Positions 30,333 to 39,755 of a stretch of 64,000 nt of DNA are shown piece after piece. Position 1 is the first letter of the stretch. Each line of letters begins with the position of its first letter. The notes beneath the pieces are model-generated. The model was not told the origin of the DNA, did not search any database, and worked only from the letters and a program-made list of their open reading frames with translations. The position numbers and the translations under genes are program-made. This stretch comes from a virus, in the IMG/VR virus record IMGVR_UViG_3300032093_000042, positions 40,909 through 104,908 of that record, one strand, 5' to 3'.

Positions 30333-30635
30333 ATGATACGGTTAAAATCTATACTTGCTACGGCCAAACAAGAAAATGACACAAATCATTTAGTTAAAGA
30401 ACAATTGTTAAAAGATTCTTCGTTAATAGATCAAGTGATAAATGACACAAACGTTCTTGTTGTTAACAATTTAAAAACGATAAAAGATATTTTGTCAAAA
30501 GAGCCACTGGATAAAGAAAAGTTAAAAATAGCATTAAATAATTATAAACGTTATTTTAATAGAGATAACGGAGGTACACCTGAAGTTATTAGAGGAATGA
30601 CTTTTCAAAAAGAGTTGGAAAATCTTTTAAAATGA
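30333..30635 (+). CDS. Hypothetical protein, putative internal head protein
   Basis: Start moved to ATG 30333 (MIRLKSILA..E), matching the shared N-terminal tag and promoter spacing. Confidence 0.65.
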   Translation: MIRLKSILATAKQENDTNHLVKEQLLKDSSLIDQVINDTNVLVVNNLKTIKDILSKEPLDKEKLKIALNNYKRYFNRDNGGTPEVIRGMTFQKELENLLK

Positions 30636-31417
30636 TTAGTTTAACCGATCTATTGTTAGAAGCCAAACTTCCTCAAAGCGAGCAAGATATGGATCTTTAT
30701 GCTCGTAAATACAAAAAAACAATAGATTATTTACGTACCAAGAACAAAGTACTATTGTTAACTACCAGTAATAGATGGAGTCAACACAAAGACGATGTTC
30801 CAAAGAGTACTCAATTAGCAATTAAAATACAAGAATTATTGGGTAAAGAAAAAGTCACATTGATTGAAGTACCCAGTTTAAATATAGCTCCGTGTGAAGG
30901 CAATGTTAGTAGCAACTTAAAATACGACGGAAATCATTGTGGCGTTGCAAAAGCATTATTAAAAGATAAAGAAAAGAATCCAAGTGGATATCATCGTTGT
31001 TGGGCAAGTCTTAATGAAAAAGGGGATGAACTTTGGAAGATTACCAAAGAACTGTTTGAAAGTGATTGTGTAGTATTTTTTGCTAGTGTTAGATGGGGTC
31101 AAGCTAATGGTTATTATCAAAAACTCATTGAACGTTTAACTTGGATTGAAAACAGACACTCTACTCTTGGAGAAAAGAATGTTGTAAAAGACATTGAAGC
31201 TGGATTTATTGCAGTTGGACAAAATTGGCACGGTAAACAAGTTGTTGAAACTCAAAGAGCAGTATTAGGCGATTATTACCAATTCAAAACATCAGATGTA
31301 TTGTTCTGGAATTGGCAATTTACACAAGATGATACAGACGAAACTAAACGTTCTTATGATAAAGCAGTTAGAGTGTTTGATAAAACATTTTTAAAACCAT
31401 ATGATAAAGCTGAATAA
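30632..31417 (+). CDS. Flavodoxin-like NADPH-dependent FMN reductase / iron-sulfur flavoprotein family
   Basis: LLLTTSNR..KSTQLA, IAPCEG, DEL..I..LFESDCVVF.SVRWG....YQKLIERL; N-terminal MISLTDLLLE tag. Confidence 0.7.
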   Translation: MISLTDLLLEAKLPQSEQDMDLYARKYKKTIDYLRTKNKVLLLTTSNRWSQHKDDVPKSTQLAIKIQELLGKEKVTLIEVPSLNIAPCEGNVSSNLKYDGNHCGVAKALLKDKEKNPSGYHRCWASLNEKGDELWKITKELFESDCVVFFASVRWGQANGYYQKLIERLTWIENRHSTLGEKNVVKDIEAGFIAVGQNWHGKQVVETQRAVLGDYYQFKTSDVLFWNWQFTQDDTDETKRSYDKAVRVFDKTFLKPYDKAE

Positions 31418-32435
31418 TATATTAAACGAAGTAATACAAGAAGGCGGCGCTGGAGGCCATATGGCACATCCATTTGATTTTGTAAATACAGGAGCTAAAT
31501 TAGTGGATGTATTTTCTAAATCTGTAAAGTCATTAAAACAAGGCGCTGGCAGTGTTAAAATAGATGGTGTAAATGCTAGTATTCGTTTGGTAAATGGACA
31601 ATTTGTGATGGATCGTGGTAGCGCAAAACCACTTGATATCAAAGGAATGCGACCAGAAGACTTGCCTAGTCGATTTGAACCAGGCCACGGATTTATAAAT
31701 ATTGGTACCAAAGTAATTAATATTTTTGATGAATCAATTCCTAGTACAAAATCAGAATTAAAAAAATTAGGATTGTTAGATAATCCAAATATATTGTTTA
31801 ATATAGAATATGTAGAAGGACAAACCAATGTTTTGGGTTATGGCGAAATAGGAAACTTTTTAGCTATTCACGGATTGAAAGAAATTAAGCCAAAAACATT
31901 TGGTAAAGATGGAAGTGTTAAATCGAGAGTAGCCAGTGAAATTCCATATGACAAAATAGCGATGCAATCTTATATAAATAAATTAAATAAGATTGCTATG
32001 AAGTATGGATTTAAGGTGCTGGGTAGTGTTGATACTACTTTCAAATCAGAACCAAAACTAGCAAGTGTTTTAACTCAACCAGTTACATTGTATCCAACGG
32101 GTGAAGCTGTAACTAAGTCTTTGAAGGATTGGTTGAAAGGTTTGAAGTTTACAACTCCACTAATTACAAGAGAACAATTTTTGAAAGCGGTTGAAAGTAG
32201 AAATATTAGTCAAAATTTTGCTGGGCAAGATTTAAATAAAGTGGTAAGTGATACAATTGTTTATTTAACTACGATTAAATTAGGCGATGAAATATTAAAA
32301 AATGCTACAAGTGAAATCGGAGATCTAGATAAACATGAAGGTATAGTTGTAAGAGATACCAGTATTAGTTCTAACCCATTTAAAATTACAGGAAGTTTTA
32401 TTATAAAAGGTCTCGGAAGTAAGTTTAAGAAATAA
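31401..32435 (+). CDS. Putative ligase-fold nucleotidyltransferase, internal head protein candidate
   Basis: EGGAGGHMAHPFD; KIDG (motif I KxDG), NIEY, HEGIVV (motif IV), FKITG; N-terminal MIKLNNILNE tag. Confidence 0.5.
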   Translation: MIKLNNILNEVIQEGGAGGHMAHPFDFVNTGAKLVDVFSKSVKSLKQGAGSVKIDGVNASIRLVNGQFVMDRGSAKPLDIKGMRPEDLPSRFEPGHGFINIGTKVINIFDESIPSTKSELKKLGLLDNPNILFNIEYVEGQTNVLGYGEIGNFLAIHGLKEIKPKTFGKDGSVKSRVASEIPYDKIAMQSYINKLNKIAMKYGFKVLGSVDTTFKSEPKLASVLTQPVTLYPTGEAVTKSLKDWLKGLKFTTPLITREQFLKAVESRNISQNFAGQDLNKVVSDTIVYLTTIKLGDEILKNATSEIGDLDKHEGIVVRDTSISSNPFKITGSFIIKGLGSKFKK

Positions 32436-32453
32436 AATAAATACGTATTTGTT

Positions 32454-33095
32454 ATGAAAAAAGCATCAGGTAAAAGTAATCTATCAATTGTAAAAGATTA
32501 CGTCGAAGGCAACCGTCCATTTGTACAGTTTGGTTACGATCCCAATTTAAACAATAATAAACGCAAAGAAGGTGAAGAGTGGGAAGACTCACAAGGTAGA
32601 AAGTGGATTTGGAAAAATGGTGTAAAACGTAGAGTTCCAAAGAAAGCTAAAATTATCAACGAACAACGTTGTAAAGAATGTAATATGGATGTTCGGTGGG
32701 GGAATTATTTAGATGATCGTGTATGGCCAAAAACGGGCATGTGTTACGATTGTTATATTAATTTTCAAACCAATCTGAAATTGATTGGTATGTTTGAAAT
32801 TTACAACGAACTTCAAGATTTGAAGAATGAACGTAGTATTTTAGAAGACTATAAGAAAAAATTTGAAGAAAGCAAAAAATTTTGTGAAGAAAATCAAGGT
32901 AAACCAGTTGAATTTTTAGAAGAAGATGGTTCTTTTGAACGATGGGAAGGTATTCAAGATTATAATAAAATACTAGAAGATTTAAATAAAGATTTGGAGT
33001 TACTCTATAAACGTTTAGAAGAACTAAATGCCAAAATAAAAGAGTACGAAGAACAATATGAGTCAGCAAAATCTCAGAGAAATAATAAAAAGTGA
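32454..33095 (+). CDS. Hypothetical Zn-finger/coiled-coil protein upstream of terminase
   Basis: CKEC..CYDC; overlaps the terL start; possible terminase accessory subunit (unproven). Confidence 0.55.
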   Translation: MKKASGKSNLSIVKDYVEGNRPFVQFGYDPNLNNNKRKEGEEWEDSQGRKWIWKNGVKRRVPKKAKIINEQRCKECNMDVRWGNYLDDRVWPKTGMCYDCYINFQTNLKLIGMFEIYNELQDLKNERSILEDYKKKFEESKKFCEENQGKPVEFLEEDGSFERWEGIQDYNKILEDLNKDLELLYKRLEELNAKIKEYEEQYESAKSQRNNKK

Positions 33096-33903
33096 GTATA
33101 AGAAGTGTATAGAAGATCCTATATACTTCATGAAAAAGTACGTTAAGATTCAACATCCTATAAGAGGAACAGTTGGATTTGAACTATACCCATTTCAAGA
33201 AGAGGCTTTGGAAGAGTTTGTTGATAATCAATTAAACATTGTTCTTAAAAGTCGTCAGATGGGTATTAGTACTCTTACCGCCGCATATAGTTTGTGGTTA
33301 ATGACGTTCCACAATGATAAGAATATTCTTTGTATTAGTATTACTCAAGAAACCGCAAAAGAAATCGTTACCAAAGTAAGATTTGCAAATGATAATCTTC
33401 CAAGTTGGTTGAAAGTTCCTTGTGTAGAAGACAATAGATTATCATTACGATTGAAGAATGGATCTCAAATCAAAGCGGTATCATCTGCCGGTACCGCAGG
33501 TCGTTCATCAGCTCTATCATTACTAATTATTGACGAAGCTGCATTTATCGATGGTATTGAGGAAATTTGGCTGTCTGCTCAATATACATTATCTACCGGT
33601 GGTAGAGCTATTATATTAAGTACTCCCAACGGCGTTGGTAACTTCTTCCATAAAACTTGGGTTGAAGCTGAAGAAGGTAAAAATAACTTCAAGACTATAC
33701 GATTGCCATGGCATTTACATCCAGAAAGAGACCAGACTTGGAGAGATAAACAAACAGAATTGTCGGGTGTGAAAGGAGCCGCACAAGAATGTGATTGTCT
33801 ATGGGGAGACTCTGTTGTTAGAGTTAAAGATAAATTGTCTGGAAAAGAATTTGATATTTCTTTGGAAAAGTTATATTCTGGGGATTTACAATTATATGTA
33901 TAA
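33058..33903 (+). CDS. terL: Terminase large subunit, N-terminal ATPase part fused to split-intein N fragment
   Basis: LYPFQ, Walker A KSRQMGIST, Walker B LLIIDEAAF, STPNG, W..HP.RD..W, AQECD followed by intein start CLWGDS. Confidence 0.93.
   Translation: MSQQNLREIIKSEYKKCIEDPIYFMKKYVKIQHPIRGTVGFELYPFQEEALEEFVDNQLNIVLKSRQMGISTLTAAYSLWLMTFHNDKNILCISITQETAKEIVTKVRFANDNLPSWLKVPCVEDNRLSLRLKNGSQIKAVSSAGTAGRSSALSLLIIDEAAFIDGIEEIWLSAQYTLSTGGRAIILSTPNGVGNFFHKTWVEAEEGKNNFKTIRLPWHLHPERDQTWRDKQTELSGVKGAAQECDCLWGDSVVRVKDKLSGKEFDISLEKLYSGDLQLYV
33796..33900 (+). mobile_element. Split intein N fragment (35 aa, atypically short)
   Basis: CLWGDSVVRVKDKLSGKEFDISLEKLYSGDLQLYV*; block A (CL.GD+.V) and I..LY, then stop. 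Confidence 0.88.
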
Positions 33904-33924
33904 TACATGAATGTGATTGCGACT
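33895..33924 (+). promoter_or_regulatory. Late-promoter variant TATGTATA followed by a copy of the intein-less terL target site (putative operator)
   Basis: TATGTATA at 33895-33902, 4 nt before ATG 33907; ACATGAATGTGATTGCGACT (33905-33924) vs joined exteins ACAAGAATGTGAT|TGTGATT, 17/20 identical. Confidence 0.55.
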
Positions 33925-34665
33925 CATACGCATATGCCTAAAAATTATGCATCTATAGGATGGAATAAAATCAAACAACAATTAAGTTGTGAAACAGATT
34001 TATATTCAACCGAGGAAACAAAATCCGAATTGTTAAAAAACGATTATTATAAATTTTTATTTGGTCGTGCAAAGAATAGAACTTTGATGAAACAAAATCC
34101 AAAATTATACAAATCTATTCTTTTTCATACGGAGATTCTAGAAAAATCATTTAAACAACAACAAAGTTACAAGGGATGGTATAGTTTTTCGTACCGAATT
34201 CGTTTTATTGTTGAACATAACTACGATTTAATAAAATTGAAATGTCAATGTGGAAAAAAAATAACATGGACTAAATATTGTCGTAGATGTCCTGAATATC
34301 ATAAAACCCAGACCGGTAAATCACACACTCCGGAAACAAAACAAAAAATGAGAGTATCCGCGTTAAAGTATCTATCAGAAACAAAAGGACAAATTATACC
34401 CCGTTATAACAAGAGATCAATACAACTGATAGAGGAATTTGGTAATAAACATGGATATACATTTAGACATGCTGAAAACGGAGGTGAGGTTTTTCTTAAA
34501 GAACTTGGTTATTGGTTGGATGCATATGATGAGAAAAATAACGTCGTGTTGGAAATATATGAAAAAAGACACTATAAAAATGGTAAATTGAAACAACGAG
34601 ATTTCCAACGAGAAAATGAAATTAAAAATTTATTAGGGTGTAAATTGTTCACGATTGACATATGA
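33907..34665 (+). CDS. Free-standing homing endonuclease (Zn finger, NUMOD3-like motif, Vsr/DUF559-like nuclease domain)
   Basis: CQCG..YCRRC; HTPETKQKMRVSA; YWLDAYD....VLEIYE..H..RD..RE; lies between the two intein halves. Confidence 0.78.
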   Translation: MNVIATHTHMPKNYASIGWNKIKQQLSCETDLYSTEETKSELLKNDYYKFLFGRAKNRTLMKQNPKLYKSILFHTEILEKSFKQQQSYKGWYSFSYRIRFIVEHNYDLIKLKCQCGKKITWTKYCRRCPEYHKTQTGKSHTPETKQKMRVSALKYLSETKGQIIPRYNKRSIQLIEEFGNKHGYTFRHAENGGEVFLKELGYWLDAYDEKNNVVLEIYEKRHYKNGKLKQRDFQRENEIKNLLGCKLFTIDI

Positions 34666-35003
34666 ATCATTCGAAAATTAAACTAAATACTAGATTTCAG
34701 ATTTTGACTCCGACTGGATATCAGGATTTTTTTGGAATCAGAAAAGTAAAAAAAGATTGTTATTATACCATTTTATTGAGTAACGGAAAAATAATAAAAT
34801 GTTCGGATAATCATTCATTTATTTACAACAACGTCGAGGTTCGATCTCATGATATCAGTATTGGATCAAAAATATCAGGAGTTGATGGTATAGAGGTGGT
34901 TGTTGTATCAATAGAAAAATTTGAAAACACGATTGATTTGTATGATATAGTAAATGTATCAGGTGGTAATATTTTTAATGTAGATGGAATTGTTTCACAT
35001 AAT
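34662..35003 (+). mobile_element. Split intein C fragment (114 aa)
   Basis: QILTPTGY..F.GI.KV, IKCSDNHSF (block B), LYDIVNV (block F), NVDGIVSHN/C (block G with +1 Cys). Confidence 0.9.
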
Positions 35004-35855
35004 TGTGATTTTTCTACTTCTGGTAATCAAGTTGTTAGTGTAGATGTTCTTGAGTTTTACAAACAAACATATTTAAAAGATCCTATAGAAAAACGTGGTA
35101 ACAATCAAGATTTATGGATCTGGGATTATCCAAATTACAGCAAAAACTACATATTGACGGCGGATTGTGCTAGAGGAGATGGTGGAGATTTTAGTGCATT
35201 TCATGTTATTGACATTGAAACAATGGAACAAGTGGCTGAATACAAAGGTCAACTAACCACTAAAGATTACGGTAATTTATTAGTCAGTGTAGCTACTGAA
35301 TATAATAACGCATTGTTAGTTGTAGAAAATAACAACGTAGGATGGGGAACTCTTCAACAGATTATAGATAGAGACTATCAGAATACGTTTTATAGTGCAA
35401 CCGATCTTACTATTGTAGATGTAGAAAAGTCTTATAGTAATAAATTACACGCGCAAGATAAAAAATTAGTCGCTGGGTTTACAACAACGAGTAAAAATAG
35501 ACCATTAATAGTGAGTAATTTAGAGTTATTTTTTAGACAAAAACAAGTTATAATCAAATCAAAACGGTTATACGAAGAATTGAATGTATTTATTTGGAAC
35601 GGACCGAAAGCCGAAGCGATGAGAGGTTATAACGACGATTTGGTGATGTCTATTGGTATAGGATTATGGGTTCGTGAAACTGCTTTGAGGCTTAGAAACG
35701 ATCAAATTGCATATAATAAAGCTATGATTTCTAAAATATCCAAAGTAACAAGTCCTGTAATATTACCTAGAGAAATTAGCTCTATACCGGATTATCAAAA
35801 GACACTTGAATTTTCCGTTAATGATAAAAAAGAAAGTTTAACTTGGTTATTGTAA
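34662..35855 (+). CDS. terL: Split-intein C fragment fused to terminase large subunit C-terminal nuclease part
   Basis: After SHN: CDFSTSG, ADCARGDGGDFSAF, VENNNVG, GFTTT, YNDDLVMS RNase H-fold terminase nuclease motifs; ATGA overlap with the endonuclease stop. Confidence 0.93.
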   Translation: MNHSKIKLNTRFQILTPTGYQDFFGIRKVKKDCYYTILLSNGKIIKCSDNHSFIYNNVEVRSHDISIGSKISGVDGIEVVVVSIEKFENTIDLYDIVNVSGGNIFNVDGIVSHNCDFSTSGNQVVSVDVLEFYKQTYLKDPIEKRGNNQDLWIWDYPNYSKNYILTADCARGDGGDFSAFHVIDIETMEQVAEYKGQLTTKDYGNLLVSVATEYNNALLVVENNNVGWGTLQQIIDRDYQNTFYSATDLTIVDVEKSYSNKLHAQDKKLVAGFTTTSKNRPLIVSNLELFFRQKQVIIKSKRLYEELNVFIWNGPKAEAMRGYNDDLVMSIGIGLWVRETALRLRNDQIAYNKAMISKISKVTSPVILPREISSIPDYQKTLEFSVNDKKESLTWLL

Positions 35856-35878
35856 ATACTTATATAATAGAATAATAT

Positions 35879-37822
35879 ATGGCTGATCAATCATTTCAGG
35901 AATTAAGAAATCGTTCATTGTTTGCACGTTTGAAACGTTTGTTTTCAAACGATGTAATTGTTAGAAACATTGGCGGTAAAAAGTTAAAGGTAGTTGATAC
36001 CGATGAAATTCAATATGCCACGGATCGTAATAGTTTAAGAGATCGTTTTAATAGATTACGTACTACTTCATATAATCAATATACCAGAGATTTCAATCTA
36101 TCATATCAAAGCAGTCGTGTAGAACTATTTCGTGACTATGATACGATGGACATGGATCCAATTCTAGCATCTGCTTTGGATATCTATGCCGATGAATGTA
36201 CCACGCGAGATGAAATGGGGGAAATTTTACAAATTAAATCCAGTAATGATGAAATTAAAAACATACTTCATAACTTATTTTATGATATTCTAAATATTGA
36301 ATTTAATCTATGGAGTTGGACTCGGTGTATGGTTAAATATGGAGATTTTTATCTTCGTTTACATATTAGTCCGGAATACGGTGTATATATGGTTGAACCG
36401 TTAAGCACTTATTATGTCACCCGAGTTGAAAATGCACATTTGCAAAACAAAAATTTTGTAAAATTTCAAGTTAATCTTCCATATGGCAATAAAATGGAAG
36501 ATCTTGAAAATTATCAAATTGCACATTTTAGATTATTAAGTGATAGTAACTTCTTGCCATACGGTAAGAGTATGTTGGAAGGTGCTCGTCGGGTTTGGAA
36601 ACAATTGAGTTTGATGGAAGATGCAATGTTAATTCATCGTATCATGCGTGCTCCTGAAAAACGTATCTTCAAAGTTGATATCGGCAATATTCCTCCAAAT
36701 GAAGTTGACAATCATATGGAACGAATTATGACTCAGATGAAAAAGGTTCCATATGTAGATCAACAAACAGGCGATTACAATTTACGTTTCAATTTACAAA
36801 ACATGGTTGAAGATTTCTTCTTGCCAGTTCGTGGTAGTGATAGTGGTACAAGCATTGATAATTTGCCCGGATTGGAGTGGACAGGTACAGACGATATTGA
36901 ATATCTTCGCAATAAGATGATGGCCGCACTTAAGATTCCAAAAGCATTTTTAGGATACGATGAAAGTTTAAGTGGTAAAGCTACGTTAGCGGCTGAAGAT
37001 ATTCGTTTTGCTAGAACGATTCAACGTATACAGAGAATTATTGTAAGTGAATTAAATAAGATTGCCTTAATTCATTTATACAGTCAAGGATATCGCGATG
37101 AATCACTTGTTGATTTTACGTTAGAGTTGACCAATCCATCTACTATTTTTGAAAAAGAAAAAATAGATGTTTGGAAGAGTAAAGTTGAAGTATCTAAAGA
37201 CATGCAAGAAAATAAGTTTTTTAGCAAAAAGTGGATTTATGAAAACGTGTTTGGTTTAAGTGATCAAAACATGATAGAGTTACAAAAACAATTAGTCGAT
37301 GATGCTAAAGGTACTTATAGATTTAAGCAAATTGAAGACGAAGGTAATGATCCGGCGATTAAGTTTTTGCAATCAAGTGAAGAAAAAACGGATGGAGAAG
37401 GTGGAGGAGATGAACCTCCCTCTGACAGTGGATTACCCACAGGAGATTCCGATATAAATTCAGAACTATCAGGTAATAAAAAAGAAGAACCCCAAAAAGA
37501 ACCAACTAAAGAACCATCTAAAGAACCATCTAAAGAACCAACTGGAGCTGCGGGGTCAACTCCTCCAAAATTGTCCGAAAGAGATCAAAGTGGTAGAAAA
37601 GATGCTCGTAAATATCGGTTTGGAGAGGATCCCTTGGGTACGCTAGAAAATAACAGACGAAGTGATCTATCAGTAACACACAAATATAAAAACAAATCTC
37701 CATTATCATTGGAATCGTTGTCAGGACTTAATGATATGTTAAATACAGTTGATCAAGAAAAACAAATTTTAAGAGAGGGAAACGAAAAATCCTTTATGGA
37801 TGAAAGAAATATAAAAGAATAA
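35879..37822 (+). CDS. gp20: Portal protein
   Basis: LMEDAMLIHRIMRAPEKRIF.VD.GN.P, MVEDFFLP.RG, I..LPG, DIEY, ALKIP, EDIRF T4 gp20 motifs. Confidence 0.95.
   Translation: MADQSFQELRNRSLFARLKRLFSNDVIVRNIGGKKLKVVDTDEIQYATDRNSLRDRFNRLRTTSYNQYTRDFNLSYQSSRVELFRDYDTMDMDPILASALDIYADECTTRDEMGEILQIKSSNDEIKNILHNLFYDILNIEFNLWSWTRCMVKYGDFYLRLHISPEYGVYMVEPLSTYYVTRVENAHLQNKNFVKFQVNLPYGNKMEDLENYQIAHFRLLSDSNFLPYGKSMLEGARRVWKQLSLMEDAMLIHRIMRAPEKRIFKVDIGNIPPNEVDNHMERIMTQMKKVPYVDQQTGDYNLRFNLQNMVEDFFLPVRGSDSGTSIDNLPGLEWTGTDDIEYLRNKMMAALKIPKAFLGYDESLSGKATLAAEDIRFARTIQRIQRIIVSELNKIALIHLYSQGYRDESLVDFTLELTNPSTIFEKEKIDVWKSKVEVSKDMQENKFFSKKWIYENVFGLSDQNMIELQKQLVDDAKGTYRFKQIEDEGNDPAIKFLQSSEEKTDGEGGGDEPPSDSGLPTGDSDINSELSGNKKEEPQKEPTKEPSKEPSKEPTGAAGSTPPKLSERDQSGRKDARKYRFGEDPLGTLENNRRSDLSVTHKYKNKSPLSLESLSGLNDMLNTVDQEKQILREGNEKSFMDERNIKE
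37487..37543 (+). repeat. 12-bp tandem repeat encoding EP(Q/T/S)K in the portal C-terminal tail
   Basis: GAACC..AAA units, 4 full plus 1 partial. Confidence 0.8.
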
Positions 37823-37878
37823 ATACAAATACTATATATTTAAATAGTTCTTATATATTTATAAATAATATTAATATT

Positions 37879-38763
37879 ATGCATAAGAAAGCAAAACATT
37901 CAAAATTTAAGAATGCTGGAATATTGTTTGAACTTCTTACGCGTCAAATTACTGCAGATATTTTGGCGGGTAGAGATGAATCATTTACTAAAAATTTAAT
38001 GTTTAAATACTTTCACGAAAGTAAAGAGCTTGGTAAAGAAGCACAGTTATACAATTTTGTTTTGCATCAAACCAGCAAAGATACCACATCCGCAGATCGT
38101 ATTTTAAATGTTGTTTTACAAACACGTTCAAAATTAGATGAACGTGAATTGAACAAACAAAAATATAACGTAATCAAAGAAATAAAAGAAAAGTACAATA
38201 TTGATGAATTTTTGAAGAACAAGATTCCCAATTATAAATTATACGCTTCTATTTATAAACTATTTGAAAATCAAGTAGAATGTGAAGTTAAGTTTGATAT
38301 AAAAGAGTTAGTCGAGTCCAGAGAATATATCGTTGAAAATTTAACTAAAGAAAAAAAGAATAGTGAAGAAAGTTTGGATGTTTATGGAAGTCAGAGTGCA
38401 GAAGTAAGATTGTTAGCATATAAATTCTTGATTGAAAATTTTAACACTAAGTATAGTAATTTGTTACCTTCACAAAAGAAACTACTTAAAGAATACATTA
38501 CAAATATTAGTAATTCAAGTAAATTTACTAAATTTGTAAATGAAGAGTATAAAAGAATAAGCATTTTATTGAAAGAAAATTTACAAACTGTAAATTCCGA
38601 TGTGGTTAAAATTAAAATAACAGAAGTTGTTAATCAGTTTTCAAATAAAAACGTTGCGGGTGTGGTAAAAGAAAATCAGTTAACTTCATTGTTGAATGCA
38701 TACGAATTAGTTGAAGAACTTGAAAAGTTAAAGAATGAAGGTACATCTAAAAAAGAAAATTAA
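37879..38763 (+). CDS. Head-module hypothetical protein (prohead core candidate)
   Basis: KHSKFKNAGILFELL.RQIT; helical; between portal and protease. Confidence 0.65.
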   Translation: MHKKAKHSKFKNAGILFELLTRQITADILAGRDESFTKNLMFKYFHESKELGKEAQLYNFVLHQTSKDTTSADRILNVVLQTRSKLDERELNKQKYNVIKEIKEKYNIDEFLKNKIPNYKLYASIYKLFENQVECEVKFDIKELVESREYIVENLTKEKKNSEESLDVYGSQSAEVRLLAYKFLIENFNTKYSNLLPSQKKLLKEYITNISNSSKFTKFVNEEYKRISILLKENLQTVNSDVVKIKITEVVNQFSNKNVAGVVKENQLTSLLNAYELVEELEKLKNEGTSKKEN

Positions 38764-39754
38764 AGAACTTTTACATAAGTTAAAAGTTAAAAACGAAGCT
38801 AGTATGACTGGTACGGCTCCTGTAGCATCGGGTCCTGTTGCGGTAGGAGGAGATGCTGCTAGAACGCCATTTGCATTTTCAAAAAGAGGCACTCGTCCTT
38901 CAACTTATAATCAATTGGGTTATAAATTAGCAAAAAATATTAAAAAGAGTCCAAATTTTAAATTAGAAAATCAAGTTTATAGTCAACCTTCATATACAAC
39001 ACCATCTTTTAATATAGAACCAACCAATACATATTTTGACAAGAATGGATTGGTGCAACACAACGATCCCAACATTGATCCAAATTTAATAGGATATAAA
39101 CAAGGCAATCTGCCTGTAACCGAAGGTTTTAATGGATTGAAATACGAACAAGAAGGACAAAAACCTTTACAACAAAACGTTAAACAGTCTTTACCAACCA
39201 ATTCAGTTCAACCACTCAAACAACAATCTGTTACACCACCCACACAATCGGCTGTTCAACCGTCGGTTAATATTAAAAATTATGATGTTTTACCAGATTT
39301 CACGTCGTTTGATACCAAATTAAAAAGTAGCACAGAATCTTTAAAAAACAATTTACAAAAAACTATTCAAGATAAAATTTTGGGTAAAAAAATAGTGGTA
39401 AGAGCTAGCAAAGGATATAAGCAACCAGAAACAGATTATACAATAAATGTTACAGGTGTAGCAATAGATTACTACTATGATAGATATGTTATTATTATAA
39501 TAGGACGTGAAGAAAATAAACAAAAGGTTGCTAAGTTTTTCATTAAACCCGGATTTTCAATAAAAATATTAGGCACAGCGGAGCTTAAACCTAAAGATAA
39601 ATATCAGGTAGCTAAGTCTCAGGCATTGGTAAGTCCACAACAATCGGCTACACCAACAAATACGGTGACTTCCGATGAAGAAGAAGCTTCAAAAACACCA
39701 GACGAAACTTCTTCTAAGAATCAACAACAATCTCCTACACAAGTAAAAGTATAA
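38735..39754 (+). CDS. Head-module hypothetical protein
   Basis: 339 aa; low-complexity Q/P/T linkers; potential x-x-E protease sites (KNE, LEN, VTE). Confidence 0.6.
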   Translation: MKVHLKKKIKELLHKLKVKNEASMTGTAPVASGPVAVGGDAARTPFAFSKRGTRPSTYNQLGYKLAKNIKKSPNFKLENQVYSQPSYTTPSFNIEPTNTYFDKNGLVQHNDPNIDPNLIGYKQGNLPVTEGFNGLKYEQEGQKPLQQNVKQSLPTNSVQPLKQQSVTPPTQSAVQPSVNIKNYDVLPDFTSFDTKLKSSTESLKNNLQKTIQDKILGKKIVVRASKGYKQPETDYTINVTGVAIDYYYDRYVIIIIGREENKQKVAKFFIKPGFSIKILGTAELKPKDKYQVAKSQALVSPQQSATPTNTVTSDEEEASKTPDETSSKNQQQSPTQVKV

Positions 39755-39755
39755 T

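Noticed and set aside
33904-34661. Group I intron interrupting terL
   Set aside because: The interval is fully occupied by an ORF with no room for a ribozyme core; the intein halves explain the split
37856-37867. Canonical T4 late promoter TATAAATA
   Set aside because: Occurs here only as part of the palindrome TATTTATAAATA; other late genes consistently show TATTTATA on the coding strand
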